Origin: Bacteroidota bacterium
GTDB taxonomy: Bacteria; Bacteroidota; Bacteroidia; AKYH767-A; OLB10
Length of the DNA stretch: 64,000 nucleotides
Assembly (NCBI GenBank): GCA_024638565.1
Contig: JAHEKC010000005.1
Coordinates: 519 to 64,518 of the forward strand
Direction: 5' to 3'
The notes beneath the pieces were generated by a model. It saw nothing but the letters and a program-made list of their open reading frames with translations, was not told the origin of the DNA and did no database searches. The first letter of the stretch is position 1, and each line of letters begins with the position of its first letter. This document shows, piece after piece, positions 1 to 9,651 of the stretch. Made by a program: the position numbers and the translations under genes.

Positions 1-2078
1 AGCTGGAAAACCCCAAGAGCAGCCTGGCATCCGAAGTCTACTCTTCCGATGGCGTCGTCCTGGGCAAGTATTACCGCCAGAACAGGTCCAATGTCCAGTT
101 TGCCCAACTGGCACCCAACCTGGTGGAGGCCCTGAAAGCCACGGAGGATATTCGTTTCGATTCGCACTCGGGGGTGGATATCAAGGGTCTCCTGCGGGTG
201 CTGATCAAAACGGTGATTGCCAGGCAGGATGCAGGTGGCGGCAGTACGCTCACCCAACAGCTGGCCAAGAACCTGTTCCCTCGAGAGAACATGACCACGT
301 TCAAGCTGGTCATGCGCAAATTCAAAGAGTGGATCATCGCCGCAAGGCTCGAGAAGAGCTATACCAAGGAGGAGATCATGGCCATGTACCTGAATACGGT
401 GGAATTCGGACACAATGCCTTCGGTATCAAGTCGGCAGCCCGTACTTTCTTCAACCGTGAACCTGGCGAGCTGAGAGTGGAGGAGTCCGCCGTGCTGGTG
501 GGCCTGCTGAAAGCCCCCACGCGGTACAGCCCCATATTGAACCCGGAAAACTCCCTGCCCCGCAGGAATACCGTCCTGGCCCAGATGGAGAAATACGGAT
601 TTCTGGAAAATGATATGTATGATTCGCTCCGTGCGATGCCCCTGTCCCTTAATTACCGGCCCGACGATCACAACACCGGAATGGCGACCTATTTCCGGGA
701 ATCGCTGCGGCTGGAGCTGGCCCGCTGGTGCAAGGACCACCGGAAGGCGGACGGCACCGCTTACAACCTTTACAGGGACGGCCTTAAGATTTACACCACC
801 ATCGATTCAAGGATGCAGCGACATGCCGAAGCGGCCGTTGCGGAGCACCTGCGTGATTTGCAAAAGACCTTTTACCAGCACTGGAAGGACAGGGATCCCT
901 TCTGGGAGGTGCCACAGGTCATCATACAGGGCATGAAGCAGTCCTATCGCTACGCCGGGCTAAAGTCCGAAGGGCTGTCAGAGGATTCCATCAAGCAGAA
1001 TTTCAACAAGAAGATCCCCATGAAAGTATTTTCATGGGATGGGGATATCGATACGCTGATGAGTCCCCTGGACTCGATCCGATACTACAAGCTGATCCTG
1101 CGAACAGGCTTCATGTCTATGGAGCCTCAAAGCGGTTACATCCGCGCATGGGTGGGCGGAAACAACTACTGGCATTTCAAGTATGACCACGTGAAGGAAA
1201 GTCGCCGGCAGGTGGGATCCACGTTTAAGCCGTTCCTGTACACCCTTGCAGTCCAGGAAGGATATTCACCCTGTTACAAGGTACCCAATGCCCCGGTGAC
1301 GATCATTACCGAGGCCGGGCAATCCTGGACACCCAAGAATTCGGACAACAAGTACGGTGGCATGTATTCACTCAAGCGGGCCCTTGCGGAATCTATAAAC
1401 TGCATCTCTGCTTACCTGATGAAACAGTTCGGTCCGTATGCCGTGGTGGATATGGCCCACAAGCTGGGCATTCAAACCAAACTGGAACCGGTGCCTGCCA
1501 TCAGCCTGGGCTCGGCGGACCTTTCGGTTTATGAAATGGTAGGCGCGTATAGTACCTTTGCCAACAAGGGCGTATGGACCGAACCCATCTACCTGACGCG
1601 TATCGAGGATAATAACGGAATTGTATTGCAGGAGTTCATCCCCAAGAAGGTGGAGGCGATCAGCGAGGAGACGGCTTATGTGATGCTTAACCTTATGCAG
1701 GGTGTGGTCCGGTACGGGACCGGCGTCCGGCTGAGGTACAAGTACAAATTCGAAAACCCCATAGCGGGGAAGACGGGAACCACGCAAAACCAGAGTGACG
1801 GCTGGTTCGTGGGCATCACCCCCGACCTGGTTTCAGGCTGTTGGGTGGGCTGCGAGGACCGGTCCGTGCATTTCAGGACTGTCAACCTGGGCCAGGGCGC
1901 CAACATGGCATTGCCTATATGGGCGTATTACATGAAGAGGGTCTATGATGATGCGTCGCTCAATGTCTCCACTGATGAATTCGAGGAGCCTGATGGACGG
2001 CTTTCCATCGAGCTGGACTGCTCCAAATATGAAAAACAATCCAAATCCGTAACCAATGAATCCTTTTTCGGATTCTAA
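1..2078 (+). CDS. mrcA: Penicillin-binding protein 1A (bifunctional GT51 transglycosylase/transpeptidase). It is 5'-truncated by the window edge; the reading frame is open from position 3.
   Basis: Upstream frame reads [24 protein letters not shown]...[17 protein letters not shown], continuous with the ORF at 123. GT51 motifs [12 protein letters not shown] and RKFKEW are followed by a transpeptidase domain (STFKPF, KTGTT). Confidence 0.85.
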   Translation, partial: LENPKSSLASEVYSSDGVVLGKYYRQNRSNVQFAQLAPNLVEALKATEDIRFDSHSGVDIKGLLRVLIKTVIARQDAGGGSTLTQQLAKNLFPRENMTTFKLVMRKFKEWIIAARLEKSYTKEEIMAMYLNTVEFGHNAFGIKSAARTFFNREPGELRVEESAVLVGLLKAPTRYSPILNPENSLPRRNTVLAQMEKYGFLENDMYDSLRAMPLSLNYRPDDHNTGMATYFRESLRLELARWCKDHRKADGTAYNLYRDGLKIYTTIDSRMQRHAEAAVAEHLRDLQKTFYQHWKDRDPFWEVPQVIIQGMKQSYRYAGLKSEGLSEDSIKQNFNKKIPMKVFSWDGDIDTLMSPLDSIRYYKLILRTGFMSMEPQSGYIRAWVGGNNYWHFKYDHVKESRRQVGSTFKPFLYTLAVQEGYSPCYKVPNAPVTIITEAGQSWTPKNSDNKYGGMYSLKRALAESINCISAYLMKQFGPYAVVDMAHKLGIQTKLEPVPAISLGSADLSVYEMVGAYSTFANKGVWTEPIYLTRIEDNNGIVLQEFIPKKVEAISEETAYVMLNLMQGVVRYGTGVRLRYKYKFENPIAGKTGTTQNQSDGWFVGITPDLVSGCWVGCEDRSVHFRTVNLGQGANMALPIWAYYMKRVYDDASLNVSTDEFEEPDGRLSIELDCSKYEKQSKSVTNESFFGF

Positions 2079-2089
2079 CCGAAGCTGAT

Positions 2090-2803
2090 ATGAATAAAGT
2101 CGTAAAGAATGCCGAGGAGGCCATCCGCGATATCGCGGATAACATGACTATTGCCCTGGGCGGCTTTGGCCTGTGCGGGATCCCGGAAAAGTGCATCGAG
2201 GCGCTGGTGAAGAAGGACGTAAAGGGGTTGACCTGCATCAGCAACAATGCCGGGGTGGATGATTTCGGGCTGGGAATGCTGCTGCAGAAGAAGCAGATCA
2301 GAAAAATGGTCTCCTCCTACGTGGGGGAGAATGCGGAGTTCGAACGGCAAATGCTCAGCGGAGAGCTGGAAGTGGACCTCATCCCGCAGGGCACGCTGGC
2401 CACGCGCCTGCTGGCAGGTGGCTACGGCATGCCGGCCATCTATACACCCGCAGGCGTGGGTACCGAGATCGCGGAGGGTAAGGAAGTACGTAAATTCAAA
2501 TTCAATGGCATGGAAAAGGAATACCTGCTCGAGCATGCATTTGAGCCGGCATTCTCCATCGTTAAAGCCTGGAAAGGGGATTCGGCCGGCAACCTGGTGT
2601 ACCGTTTGACAGCACGAAACTTCAGTCCGCTGATCGCCATGGCGGGCAAGGTCACCATTGCGGAAGTGGAGGAACTGGTACCCGACGGGGAGCTCGATCC
2701 GGACCAGATTCACACACCGGGTATATTCGTTCACCGCATCTTTGAGGGCAAGGACTATGAAAAGAGAATCGAACAAAGAACCGTATCACCAAAGAACGCA
2801 TAA
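2090..2803 (+). CDS. scoA: 3-oxoacid CoA-transferase subunit A
   Basis: 237 aa. [15 protein letters not shown] and the NNAG motif are typical of the ScoA/AtoD family. It is immediately followed by the B subunit. Confidence 0.85.
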   Translation: MNKVVKNAEEAIRDIADNMTIALGGFGLCGIPEKCIEALVKKDVKGLTCISNNAGVDDFGLGMLLQKKQIRKMVSSYVGENAEFERQMLSGELEVDLIPQGTLATRLLAGGYGMPAIYTPAGVGTEIAEGKEVRKFKFNGMEKEYLLEHAFEPAFSIVKAWKGDSAGNLVYRLTARNFSPLIAMAGKVTIAEVEELVPDGELDPDQIHTPGIFVHRIFEGKDYEKRIEQRTVSPKNA

Positions 2804-2806
2804 GCT

Positions 2807-3463
2807 ATGCTGGATAAACACGGAATCGCACGACGTATTGCCAGGGAGATAAAGGACGGCATGTACGTAAACCTGGGCATCGGAATACCCACGCTGGTGG
2901 CCAACTACATACCCGATGGCATTGACGTGGTACTGCAGTCGGAAAACGGGATCCTGGGCATGGGCCCGTTTCCGGTGGAAGGCACGGAAGACGCTGACCT
3001 GATCAATGCGGGCAAGCAAACCGTAACGCTGTTGCCGGGCTCTTCCATCTTCGATTCGGCGATGAGTTTTGGAATGATACGGGCGCAAAAGGTGGACCTG
3101 ACGATCCTGGGCGCCATGGAGGTGAGTGAAAACGGCGACATCGCCAACTGGAAGATTCCCGGCAAGATGGTAAAGGGCATGGGAGGAGCCATGGACCTGG
3201 TGGCATGTGCCAGAAATATCATCGTGGCCATGCAGCATGTAAACAAGCGCGGTGAATCGAAGCTGCTCACTGAATGCACCCTTCCGCTCACCGGTGTCCG
3301 GTGCATAAAGAAGATCGTTACGGAGATGGCCGTACTGGAGGTCCTTCCGGAAGGATCCTTTTTCCTGGCGGAACGCGCCCCTGGTGTTTCGGTTGACCAG
3401 ATCAGGGAGGCGACTGCCGGAAAGCTGAAGGTGCCGGATGAAGTACCTGAAATGACGGTCTGA
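2807..3463 (+). CDS. scoB: 3-oxoacid CoA-transferase subunit B
   Basis: 218 aa. YVNLGIGIPTL...SENG motifs of ScoB/AtoA, with a 4-nt gap after scoA. Confidence 0.85.
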   Translation: MLDKHGIARRIAREIKDGMYVNLGIGIPTLVANYIPDGIDVVLQSENGILGMGPFPVEGTEDADLINAGKQTVTLLPGSSIFDSAMSFGMIRAQKVDLTILGAMEVSENGDIANWKIPGKMVKGMGGAMDLVACARNIIVAMQHVNKRGESKLLTECTLPLTGVRCIKKIVTEMAVLEVLPEGSFFLAERAPGVSVDQIREATAGKLKVPDEVPEMTV

Positions 3464-3486
3464 CGGGCGGCGGCCGCCCGGAGCTT

Positions 3487-4773
3487 ATGAAATCATACGT
3501 ATTTAAATTCGGTGGCGCCTCGGTGCGCGACGCTTCCGCGGTTAGAAACGTGGCGGAAATCCTGCGTGATCCGCCCGGTCCGCGGGGAGTGGTGGTCTTT
3601 TCCGCCATGGATAAGACTACAAACGCGCTTGAAAAGGTGGTGGAAGGGGTGTTTTATCAAGACAAGAACCCGGAAGGCCTGCTGAGCAATATCCACCAGT
3701 TTCACCGGCATGTGGTCAGTGAACTTTTCCCTGATGGCAGGGAGGCGTTGTTGAAGAAGCTGCACGGATATTTTGATGCGGCAGCCGCGATCCTGCGGGA
3801 AGAAAGGAGCAAGGGCTTCGACTTTTTTTACGACCAGGTGGTTTCCATTGGCGAAGTGCTCTCGACACTTATCATCAGTGAATTCCTGCGGGAAGCGGGA
3901 ATTCCCAACCAGTGGATGGATGCACGTGAGCTGATCGTTACGGATACGACGTTCCGCGAGGCAAAGGTAGACTGGGATCGAACCGGTGAAAGGGTGAAAG
4001 CCGCCATGACGTTCGACCGGGCACCCATGGTGGTCACCCAGGGTTTTATCGGCGGAACGGAAGATGGACTGACCACCACGCTGGGAAGGGAAGGGTCCGA
4101 TTACTCCGCCGCCATCTTTGCCTACTGCCTTGATGCGGAAAAGGTGTGGATCTGGAAGGATGTCCAGGGAGTGCTGAATGCAGATCCTAAATACTTCAGC
4201 GATGTACAGAAGCTGGAGGTGATCAGCTACCTGGATGCTGTCGAGCTCGCGTATTTCGGGGCTTCCGTCATCCACCCGAAGACCATCAAGCCACTGGAGA
4301 ATAAGAATATCACCCTGCATGTAAAATCGTTCGTGAATCCCGGCGGCGCCGGAACCACCATAGAGAAGGATACCCTTACCAAGCCCCTGGTGCCCTCGTT
4401 CATCTTCAAGAGCAACCAGGTGCTGATCAGCATATCAGCGGCTGACTTCTCATTTATCGCCGAGGATAACCTCAGTACCATCTTCGGTGTTTTTGCCAGG
4501 CATAAGACCAAGATCAACCTCATGCAGAATTCGGCGGTGAGCTTTTCTGTTTGTGTCGACCACGTACCCGAAAAGCTGCCCGTGCTGATCAGCGAGCTGG
4601 GAAAGGATTTCCGTGTCCTTTATAATGCCGGCCTGCAATTGTATACCATCAGGCATTATTATCCCTCGACCATCGAAACCCTTTCCCGCGGAAAGGAGAT
4701 CCTTCTTGAACAGCGAAGCCGCTCCACGGCGCAGCTTGTGATGCGTGATTTGGAGAATCCCCATGATGCATGA
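3487..4773 (+). CDS. lysC: Aspartate kinase
   Basis: 428 aa. The N-terminus VFKFGGASV...VVFSAMDKTTNAL is characteristic of amino-acid kinases, and C-terminal ACT-like regions are present. Confidence 0.85.
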   Translation: MKSYVFKFGGASVRDASAVRNVAEILRDPPGPRGVVVFSAMDKTTNALEKVVEGVFYQDKNPEGLLSNIHQFHRHVVSELFPDGREALLKKLHGYFDAAAAILREERSKGFDFFYDQVVSIGEVLSTLIISEFLREAGIPNQWMDARELIVTDTTFREAKVDWDRTGERVKAAMTFDRAPMVVTQGFIGGTEDGLTTTLGREGSDYSAAIFAYCLDAEKVWIWKDVQGVLNADPKYFSDVQKLEVISYLDAVELAYFGASVIHPKTIKPLENKNITLHVKSFVNPGGAGTTIEKDTLTKPLVPSFIFKSNQVLISISAADFSFIAEDNLSTIFGVFARHKTKINLMQNSAVSFSVCVDHVPEKLPVLISELGKDFRVLYNAGLQLYTIRHYYPSTIETLSRGKEILLEQRSRSTAQLVMRDLENPHDA

Positions 4774-5839
4774 GCAGGCTTCCCGGTCGATAAACCCGCC
4801 ATTTCACCGTGCGGTATTTGCCTGGCTGCTTACCGGGTGCGCGCTGATCCTCCTTATGGTCGTGGTGGGTGGCATCACCCGGCTGACGGGCAGCGGGCTC
4901 TCCATCACCGAGTGGAAGCTCATTCACGGGACCTTGCCACCCATGTCTCCCGGGGAATGGAATGAAGAATTTGAGAATTACAAACAGATCCCGCAATTCA
5001 GGCACCTGAATTATCACTTTTCGCTGGACGCATTCAAGCAGATCTACTGGTGGGAATACATTCACAGGCTGCTGGGACGGGTTATCGGCATGGTGTTCCT
5101 GGTGCCGTTTACCTGGTTTTGGCTGAAGGGCATGCTGGACAGGTCCATGATCAGAAAGCTACTGGTGCTTTTCGCACTGGGAGGATTCCAGGGATTCCTG
5201 GGATGGTACATGGTCAAGAGCGGGCTGACGGCGAACCTGTACGTAAGCCATTACCGCCTTGCGATCCACCTGGTAACGGCTTTCATCACCTTCGGGTATG
5301 CATGGTTGCTGGCCATGCGTATGCTGGCACCCCGCCGCCTGGCTTCATCACCAGGTGGCTGGCGAACCTACGGGTATGTATTCCTGCTGCTGGTGATGGG
5401 GCAGCTGGTCTACGGTGCGTTCGTGGCGGGACTGAAGGCTGGTTACGTGTACAACACCTTCCCCCTGATGGGAGATGCCATGGTGCCTGATGCCCTGGGC
5501 GCTGCATTTGATCGAACAGGGATACGGGCGATGGCAGACGACATTGCCGTGGTGCAGTTTATCCACCGGTCACTTGCATGGATCCTGCTTTTCACCGCAG
5601 TTGCATTCTTCCTGAAGGTTCGCGGGTCACTGCAGGCCGTCACCCCGTTCCTCAGGTGGGGTGCCATTGGGCTGCTGGCTTCGGTAGCACTCCAGTTCAC
5701 ACTGGGCGTGCTGACCATTTTATACCGGGTACCGCTCGTGCTCGGGGTGGCGCACCAGGTGGGCGCATTCCTGCTGTTCGGTTTCGTTTTGTTGCTGATT
5801 TTCGGAACGTACCGGCATTCAGCCACTGGAGATGGGTGA
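4745..5839 (+). CDS. ctaA: Heme A synthase (COX15/CtaA family). The true start is probably at the MMHEQ methionines near 4763-4766.
   Basis: 364 aa polytopic membrane protein. It carries the ITRLTGSGLSITEWK...EW..EF..YKQIPQF signature and conserved His residues in the transmembrane helices. It overlaps the lysC 3' end. Confidence 0.75.
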   Translation: MIWRIPMMHEQASRSINPPFHRAVFAWLLTGCALILLMVVVGGITRLTGSGLSITEWKLIHGTLPPMSPGEWNEEFENYKQIPQFRHLNYHFSLDAFKQIYWWEYIHRLLGRVIGMVFLVPFTWFWLKGMLDRSMIRKLLVLFALGGFQGFLGWYMVKSGLTANLYVSHYRLAIHLVTAFITFGYAWLLAMRMLAPRRLASSPGGWRTYGYVFLLLVMGQLVYGAFVAGLKAGYVYNTFPLMGDAMVPDALGAAFDRTGIRAMADDIAVVQFIHRSLAWILLFTAVAFFLKVRGSLQAVTPFLRWGAIGLLASVALQFTLGVLTILYRVPLVLGVAHQVGAFLLFGFVLLLIFGTYRHSATGDG

Positions 5840-5956
5840 GCATGCGTGATGCGTCATTGCAGGAGGTCCCGACGGACATTTGGCGGTTTGGGCGTCGAAG
5901 AAATTTCACCCGGCGTAACTAAAAGTCTTTGGAGGGTTTTCATAGCAAGAGATTGA

Positions 5957-6000
5957 CGCGCTCGTTCCTCCCCGACACATGTCGGAGAGGAACGAGCGCG
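5957..6000. terminator. Near-perfect 44-nt palindrome/hairpin between convergent ctaA and pyk; candidate bidirectional terminator
   Basis: GCGCTCGTTCCTC at 5958-5970 pairs with GAGGAACGAGCGC at 5987-5999. An inner CCGACA/TGTCGG stem also pairs around a CATG centre. Confidence 0.4.
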
Positions 6001-6092
6001 CAATGATGCCAATCGACTGCCTGCTTCTGCTGTCTGCTGCCGTTTGTAAATGATATTCGAAATGATGCCGCGCCTACCCTGACACTGAAAGG

Positions 6093-7514
6093 TCAGTCTA
6101 TCAAACTCAGCTTAATCGTATTCGCAGTGCCTCTTTCATTAAGCGGCATGCTGGCCACGTTGATCACGAAATCTCCTTTTTTGATCAGCCGGCGTTCAGA
6201 TAGAAAAGTCTTGATGTCGTGGATGGACCGGTCCGTGCTCTGGTACTTGTTGTAGTAGAAGCACCGTACCCCCCAGACCAGGCTGAGCATATTCTGCAAC
6301 GGTTTGTAGTCGGTAAAAATGAAAATATCTGCTTTGGGTCGCTGGCTGGAGATCCGGAATGCCGTGTAGCCCGAATGCGTCATGGCGATGATGGCCCGCG
6401 ATCCGGACTGCTCTGCCATCAGGCAGGCGTTGTAGCATATGGAGTCCGACATGAATGACGGGGAGTCAGTTATCGGCGGAAAGTAGCGGTTGTAAATGGA
6501 GGACTCTTCCTCACAGATCCGGATGATCTTCTTCATTTCCTCCACCACCTGGACAGGAAACTGCCCCACGGAGGTTTCCCCGCTAAGCATCAGCGCATCG
6601 GCCCCGTCAAAGACGGCATTAGCCACGTCATTGCTTTCCGCCCTGGTGGGGCGATAGTGGTGGGTCATGCTCTCCATCATCTGTGTGGCGATGATAATGG
6701 GCTTGCAGGCCTGGTTGCATTTCTTCACCAGCATCTTTTGGATTACCGGGACCTTCTCCATCTCTATTTCAACACCCAGGTCACCACGCGCCACCATAAT
6801 TCCATCCGCTGCCGCGATGATGTTGTCGATATCCCGCAATGCCTCCGGCTTCTCGATTTTCCCGATCACACGGGCAATGCCTTTCTTTTTTTCGATCCGT
6901 CTTCTGAGGGTCACGAGATCGGAAGCCTTCCGGACAAAGGAAAGGCCTATCCATTCGACCTGGTGCCTGATGGCAAAATCCAGGTCGGCCCGGTCCTTGG
7001 CCGTAAGCGAGGGCATGGATATCTTGGTGAATGGCAGGTTTACGCCCTTGTTGGAAACCAGCAGACCGCCATGGACGACACGAGCCGTGACTTCACGTGA
7101 TGCCTTGCGCAGCACCACCAGTTCGATCTTTCCGTCATCGATCAGCAGGGTGTCACCGGCATCCACATCCTTGTACAGCGAGGGGTAGTTGATATAGATT
7201 CGCCCGGGATCCGATAGGCATTTGCGGTGGGTCAGCGTCACCTCCTGTCCGTCATCAAGCTCGAAGCCCCCGTCACGTGCCTCGCCAATCCTGATCTTCG
7301 GGCCCTGCAGGTCGTACAGGATCGCCACGCGGGAATCCAGTTCCCGGTTGATGCGGCGGATGGCCTGGATGATGCGCTTCTGCGTTTGATGGTCGCCGTG
7401 CGAAGCGTTTATGCGGCAGACATTCATGCCCGCATGCACCATCTCCCGGAGCACGGGGTATGACGCGGTGGAGGGTCCTGCGGTGGCGATGATCTTCGTC
7501 CTGACGATTTTCAT
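6093..7514 (-). CDS. pyk: Pyruvate kinase
   Basis: 473 aa. KIIATAGPST, the ILYDLQGPKIRIGE...MVARGDLG motifs and a C-terminal domain. Confidence 0.9.
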   Translation of the reverse strand: MKIVRTKIIATAGPSTASYPVLREMVHAGMNVCRINASHGDHQTQKRIIQAIRRINRELDSRVAILYDLQGPKIRIGEARDGGFELDDGQEVTLTHRKCLSDPGRIYINYPSLYKDVDAGDTLLIDDGKIELVVLRKASREVTARVVHGGLLVSNKGVNLPFTKISMPSLTAKDRADLDFAIRHQVEWIGLSFVRKASDLVTLRRRIEKKKGIARVIGKIEKPEALRDIDNIIAAADGIMVARGDLGVEIEMEKVPVIQKMLVKKCNQACKPIIIATQMMESMTHHYRPTRAESNDVANAVFDGADALMLSGETSVGQFPVQVVEEMKKIIRICEEESSIYNRYFPPITDSPSFMSDSICYNACLMAEQSGSRAIIAMTHSGYTAFRISSQRPKADIFIFTDYKPLQNMLSLVWGVRCFYYNKYQSTDRSIHDIKTFLSERRLIKKGDFVINVASMPLNERGTANTIKLSLID

Positions 7515-7521
7515 GAGGTGG

Positions 7522-7944
7522 TTATTCGAATAACAGGAAGTTCTCCGCAGATTTCAGGCGGGAAGGTTCCAACTCGTACGCCCCTTCAAGCCACGGCTGG
7601 GACCGGAGTTTTTTAAAAAGTGCTTTTGCCTGCCGGTGATTCGCATTGCGGATCACCAGGAAGTAGTTGATGTTTTTCTTTTCAGGCACGAAATGTCCTT
7701 TCGTTCCCTTGTTGGCGACCACGTCGATTTCCTCACCGCCAGGCCCGATGGTCGTATAATGTACATGCAATGACCTGTTGCGGTCGCGATCGGCAATCTC
7801 CAGGTCGGGCCGCCGCTTGAGATCCAGTCCCATGTTGTGATTCAGCTCAAAGCACATCTTGTAGTTCCGCAGGCTGCACACCACCGCCACGAGGTGGAAG
7901 TCGAAGTCGAGATCCAGGGTGAGGCGGGTGACTTTACGCGGCAT
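7522..7944 (-). CDS. Small conserved protein, possibly IPExxxVDY-family-like; function unknown
   Basis: 140 aa. It sits 8 nt downstream of pyk and contains FVPEKKNINYF, which resembles an IPExxxVDY-type motif. I have no other recognisable domain. Confidence 0.5.
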   Translation of the reverse strand: MPRKVTRLTLDLDFDFHLVAVVCSLRNYKMCFELNHNMGLDLKRRPDLEIADRDRNRSLHVHYTTIGPGGEEIDVVANKGTKGHFVPEKKNINYFLVIRNANHRQAKALFKKLRSQPWLEGAYELEPSRLKSAENFLLFE

Positions 7945-7984
7945 GGGCTACAGAGAAGGACAATGGCAAATATGATAAATTAAA

Positions 7985-8013
7985 AAAGGGGAGTCATTGC
8001 TGAATCCCCCTTT
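7985..8013 (-). terminator. Rho-independent terminator for the outer-membrane barrel gene (read on the minus strand)
   Basis: AAAGGGGA...TCCCCCTTT stem-loop. On the minus strand it is followed by a T-run (the complement of AAAAAA at 7982-7987). Confidence 0.45.
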
Positions 8014-8031
8014 ATGCAAGCAGTGATTAAT

Positions 8032-8607
8032 TTATCTTTCTCCAAAGACATAAGCTAACCGTGTACCGATGTAAGCCGTCGTGGAGCCTTCCGTGGCAAC
8101 CATCTGGTAGCGTACGGAGATATCGATGTTGGCCAGGTGGTAGCCAATGCTGGGCGCATAGCTCAGCTCAGTGCTGGAAACCGTTTCACCCTCGACCACC
8201 ACACCCAAAATTTCGAAATCAGGTGTCTTGACACTGATGTTGTGCACCCCCACCTCGAGATCGAAATAAAATCCTTCCTGGACTTCGTTGAGGTAATACT
8301 TAATACCGACCTGTACAGGAATCATATTCTGGCTTGAACCTTCAATCGTGCCGCCCAGCCCGGTGTCGAAGTCCTTGCCGCTGAAGGTCAGGTATCCGGC
8401 AGTGCCGTAAAGGGCAATGTTATCCGTGAGGGGATACTCAAAGCGTACCGAACCACCTATCCCGATCCCGTTTACATCAGAGAAATCACCCATCGGGAGA
8501 CCAACCTCTGCACCAACCGAGAACCTGGGACTTTGTGCGTAGGAACTCATCGACAAAAGCATGGCTGTCGCCGAGAGCATGAGAATTCTTGAAAATGTGT
8601 TTTTCAT
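8032..8607 (-). CDS. Outer-membrane beta-barrel (porin-like) protein
   Basis: 191 aa. Signal peptide MKNTFSRILMLSATAMLLSMSSYAQ. Alternating hydrophobic beta-strand pattern with glycine-rich turns. Confidence 0.65.
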   Translation of the reverse strand: MKNTFSRILMLSATAMLLSMSSYAQSPRFSVGAEVGLPMGDFSDVNGIGIGGSVRFEYPLTDNIALYGTAGYLTFSGKDFDTGLGGTIEGSSQNMIPVQVGIKYYLNEVQEGFYFDLEVGVHNISVKTPDFEILGVVVEGETVSSTELSYAPSIGYHLANIDISVRYQMVATEGSTTAYIGTRLAYVFGER

Positions 8608-8753
8608 TTTTTTTAAAGTTTAAGTTTTGTTTTCCGGTTTTATTTGGATGCAAATATAAACGAATCCTCCAGTTCCAACTTTGCCATAGTGGCTATAAGC
8701 GCCTGATTTTTAACATAAAAATGTTGATTTATTAATCGGGGAGCCGCCCTGGA

Positions 8754-9638
8754 TCAGCTGCCGGCAGGATGCCAGATGGTTTTGATCTCCTGCAACTGCA
8801 TCACCAGTCGTGGGTGCTCGCCATGGATTATATCGTCCTCACCGAGCCTGTGCAGCCGCTTAACATTGCCGGCCGAAGCCCTGCCCAGGGCCTGCCATTC
8901 CTTCATGCCACCGGAAGCGGTTACCATGGCATTGATGTCCATATGACTGGCCATATAGGATGCCAGCTCATCGTAATTGCCTGTTAATAAGTTAATTGCA
9001 CCTGAGGGCACGTCGGAGGTCAGAACCACATCCGCCAACTCGATAGCCAGGGCACCCCATGATTCACCGGCAAGCAGCACGCAGCAATTCCCGCCGGCCA
9101 GCGCCGGTGCCAGCATCGAAACCGGTCCCAGCAACCCGTGGGTGGACGGGGCGGTCATGGCCACTACACCGGTCGGCTCAGGGTAGGAAAAGTTGAAATA
9201 GTTGCCGCTGACAGGGTTGACGGAACTGAATACCTGTATGTATTTGTCACACCACCCCGCGAAATAGACCAACCGGTCGACAGCTTTGGTAAACTCCGTT
9301 TTAGCTGTGGCGGATGAATGCCCGTATTGCCTGAGCAGGCCCGTGAACAGTTCACCGCGCGATTCCAGGTTTTCAGCCATGCGGTACAGGATTTGTGCCC
9401 TGTTATATGATGTGAGTCCCTGCCAGGCAGGCCATGCTTTGCGCGCTGCCTGTACCGCATTGCGCAGGTCCTTTCTCGAGGCCCGGCAGATGTTTCCTGC
9501 ATGACGTCCCCGGGGATCAATTAACCGGAGGTACCGACCCGATTCGCTGCGTACAAGCGCACCGCCGATCAGCAGTTTGTAGGTCTTGGCGACCCGTACC
9601 CGCAGATCGTTTTTTCCTTTTGTTTTTGATTCCCGCAT
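8754..9638 (-). CDS. Aldehyde-dehydrogenase-family protein, truncated: the N-terminal NAD-binding portion only, with no catalytic Cys region
   Basis: 295 aa from the ATG at 9638 (MRESKTKGKN). It aligns to ALDH from the substrate-entry and NAD-binding region through to the ELGGK-equivalent (RLHRLGED) and then stops. The 376-aa track ORF carries an N-terminal extension that overlaps the upstream ALDH gene and is low-complexity. Confidence 0.6.
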   Translation of the reverse strand: MRESKTKGKNDLRVRVAKTYKLLIGGALVRSESGRYLRLIDPRGRHAGNICRASRKDLRNAVQAARKAWPAWQGLTSYNRAQILYRMAENLESRGELFTGLLRQYGHSSATAKTEFTKAVDRLVYFAGWCDKYIQVFSSVNPVSGNYFNFSYPEPTGVVAMTAPSTHGLLGPVSMLAPALAGGNCCVLLAGESWGALAIELADVVLTSDVPSGAINLLTGNYDELASYMASHMDINAMVTASGGMKEWQALGRASAGNVKRLHRLGEDDIIHGEHPRLVMQLQEIKTIWHPAGS

Positions 9639-9651
9639 TGTACCGGCCTGG

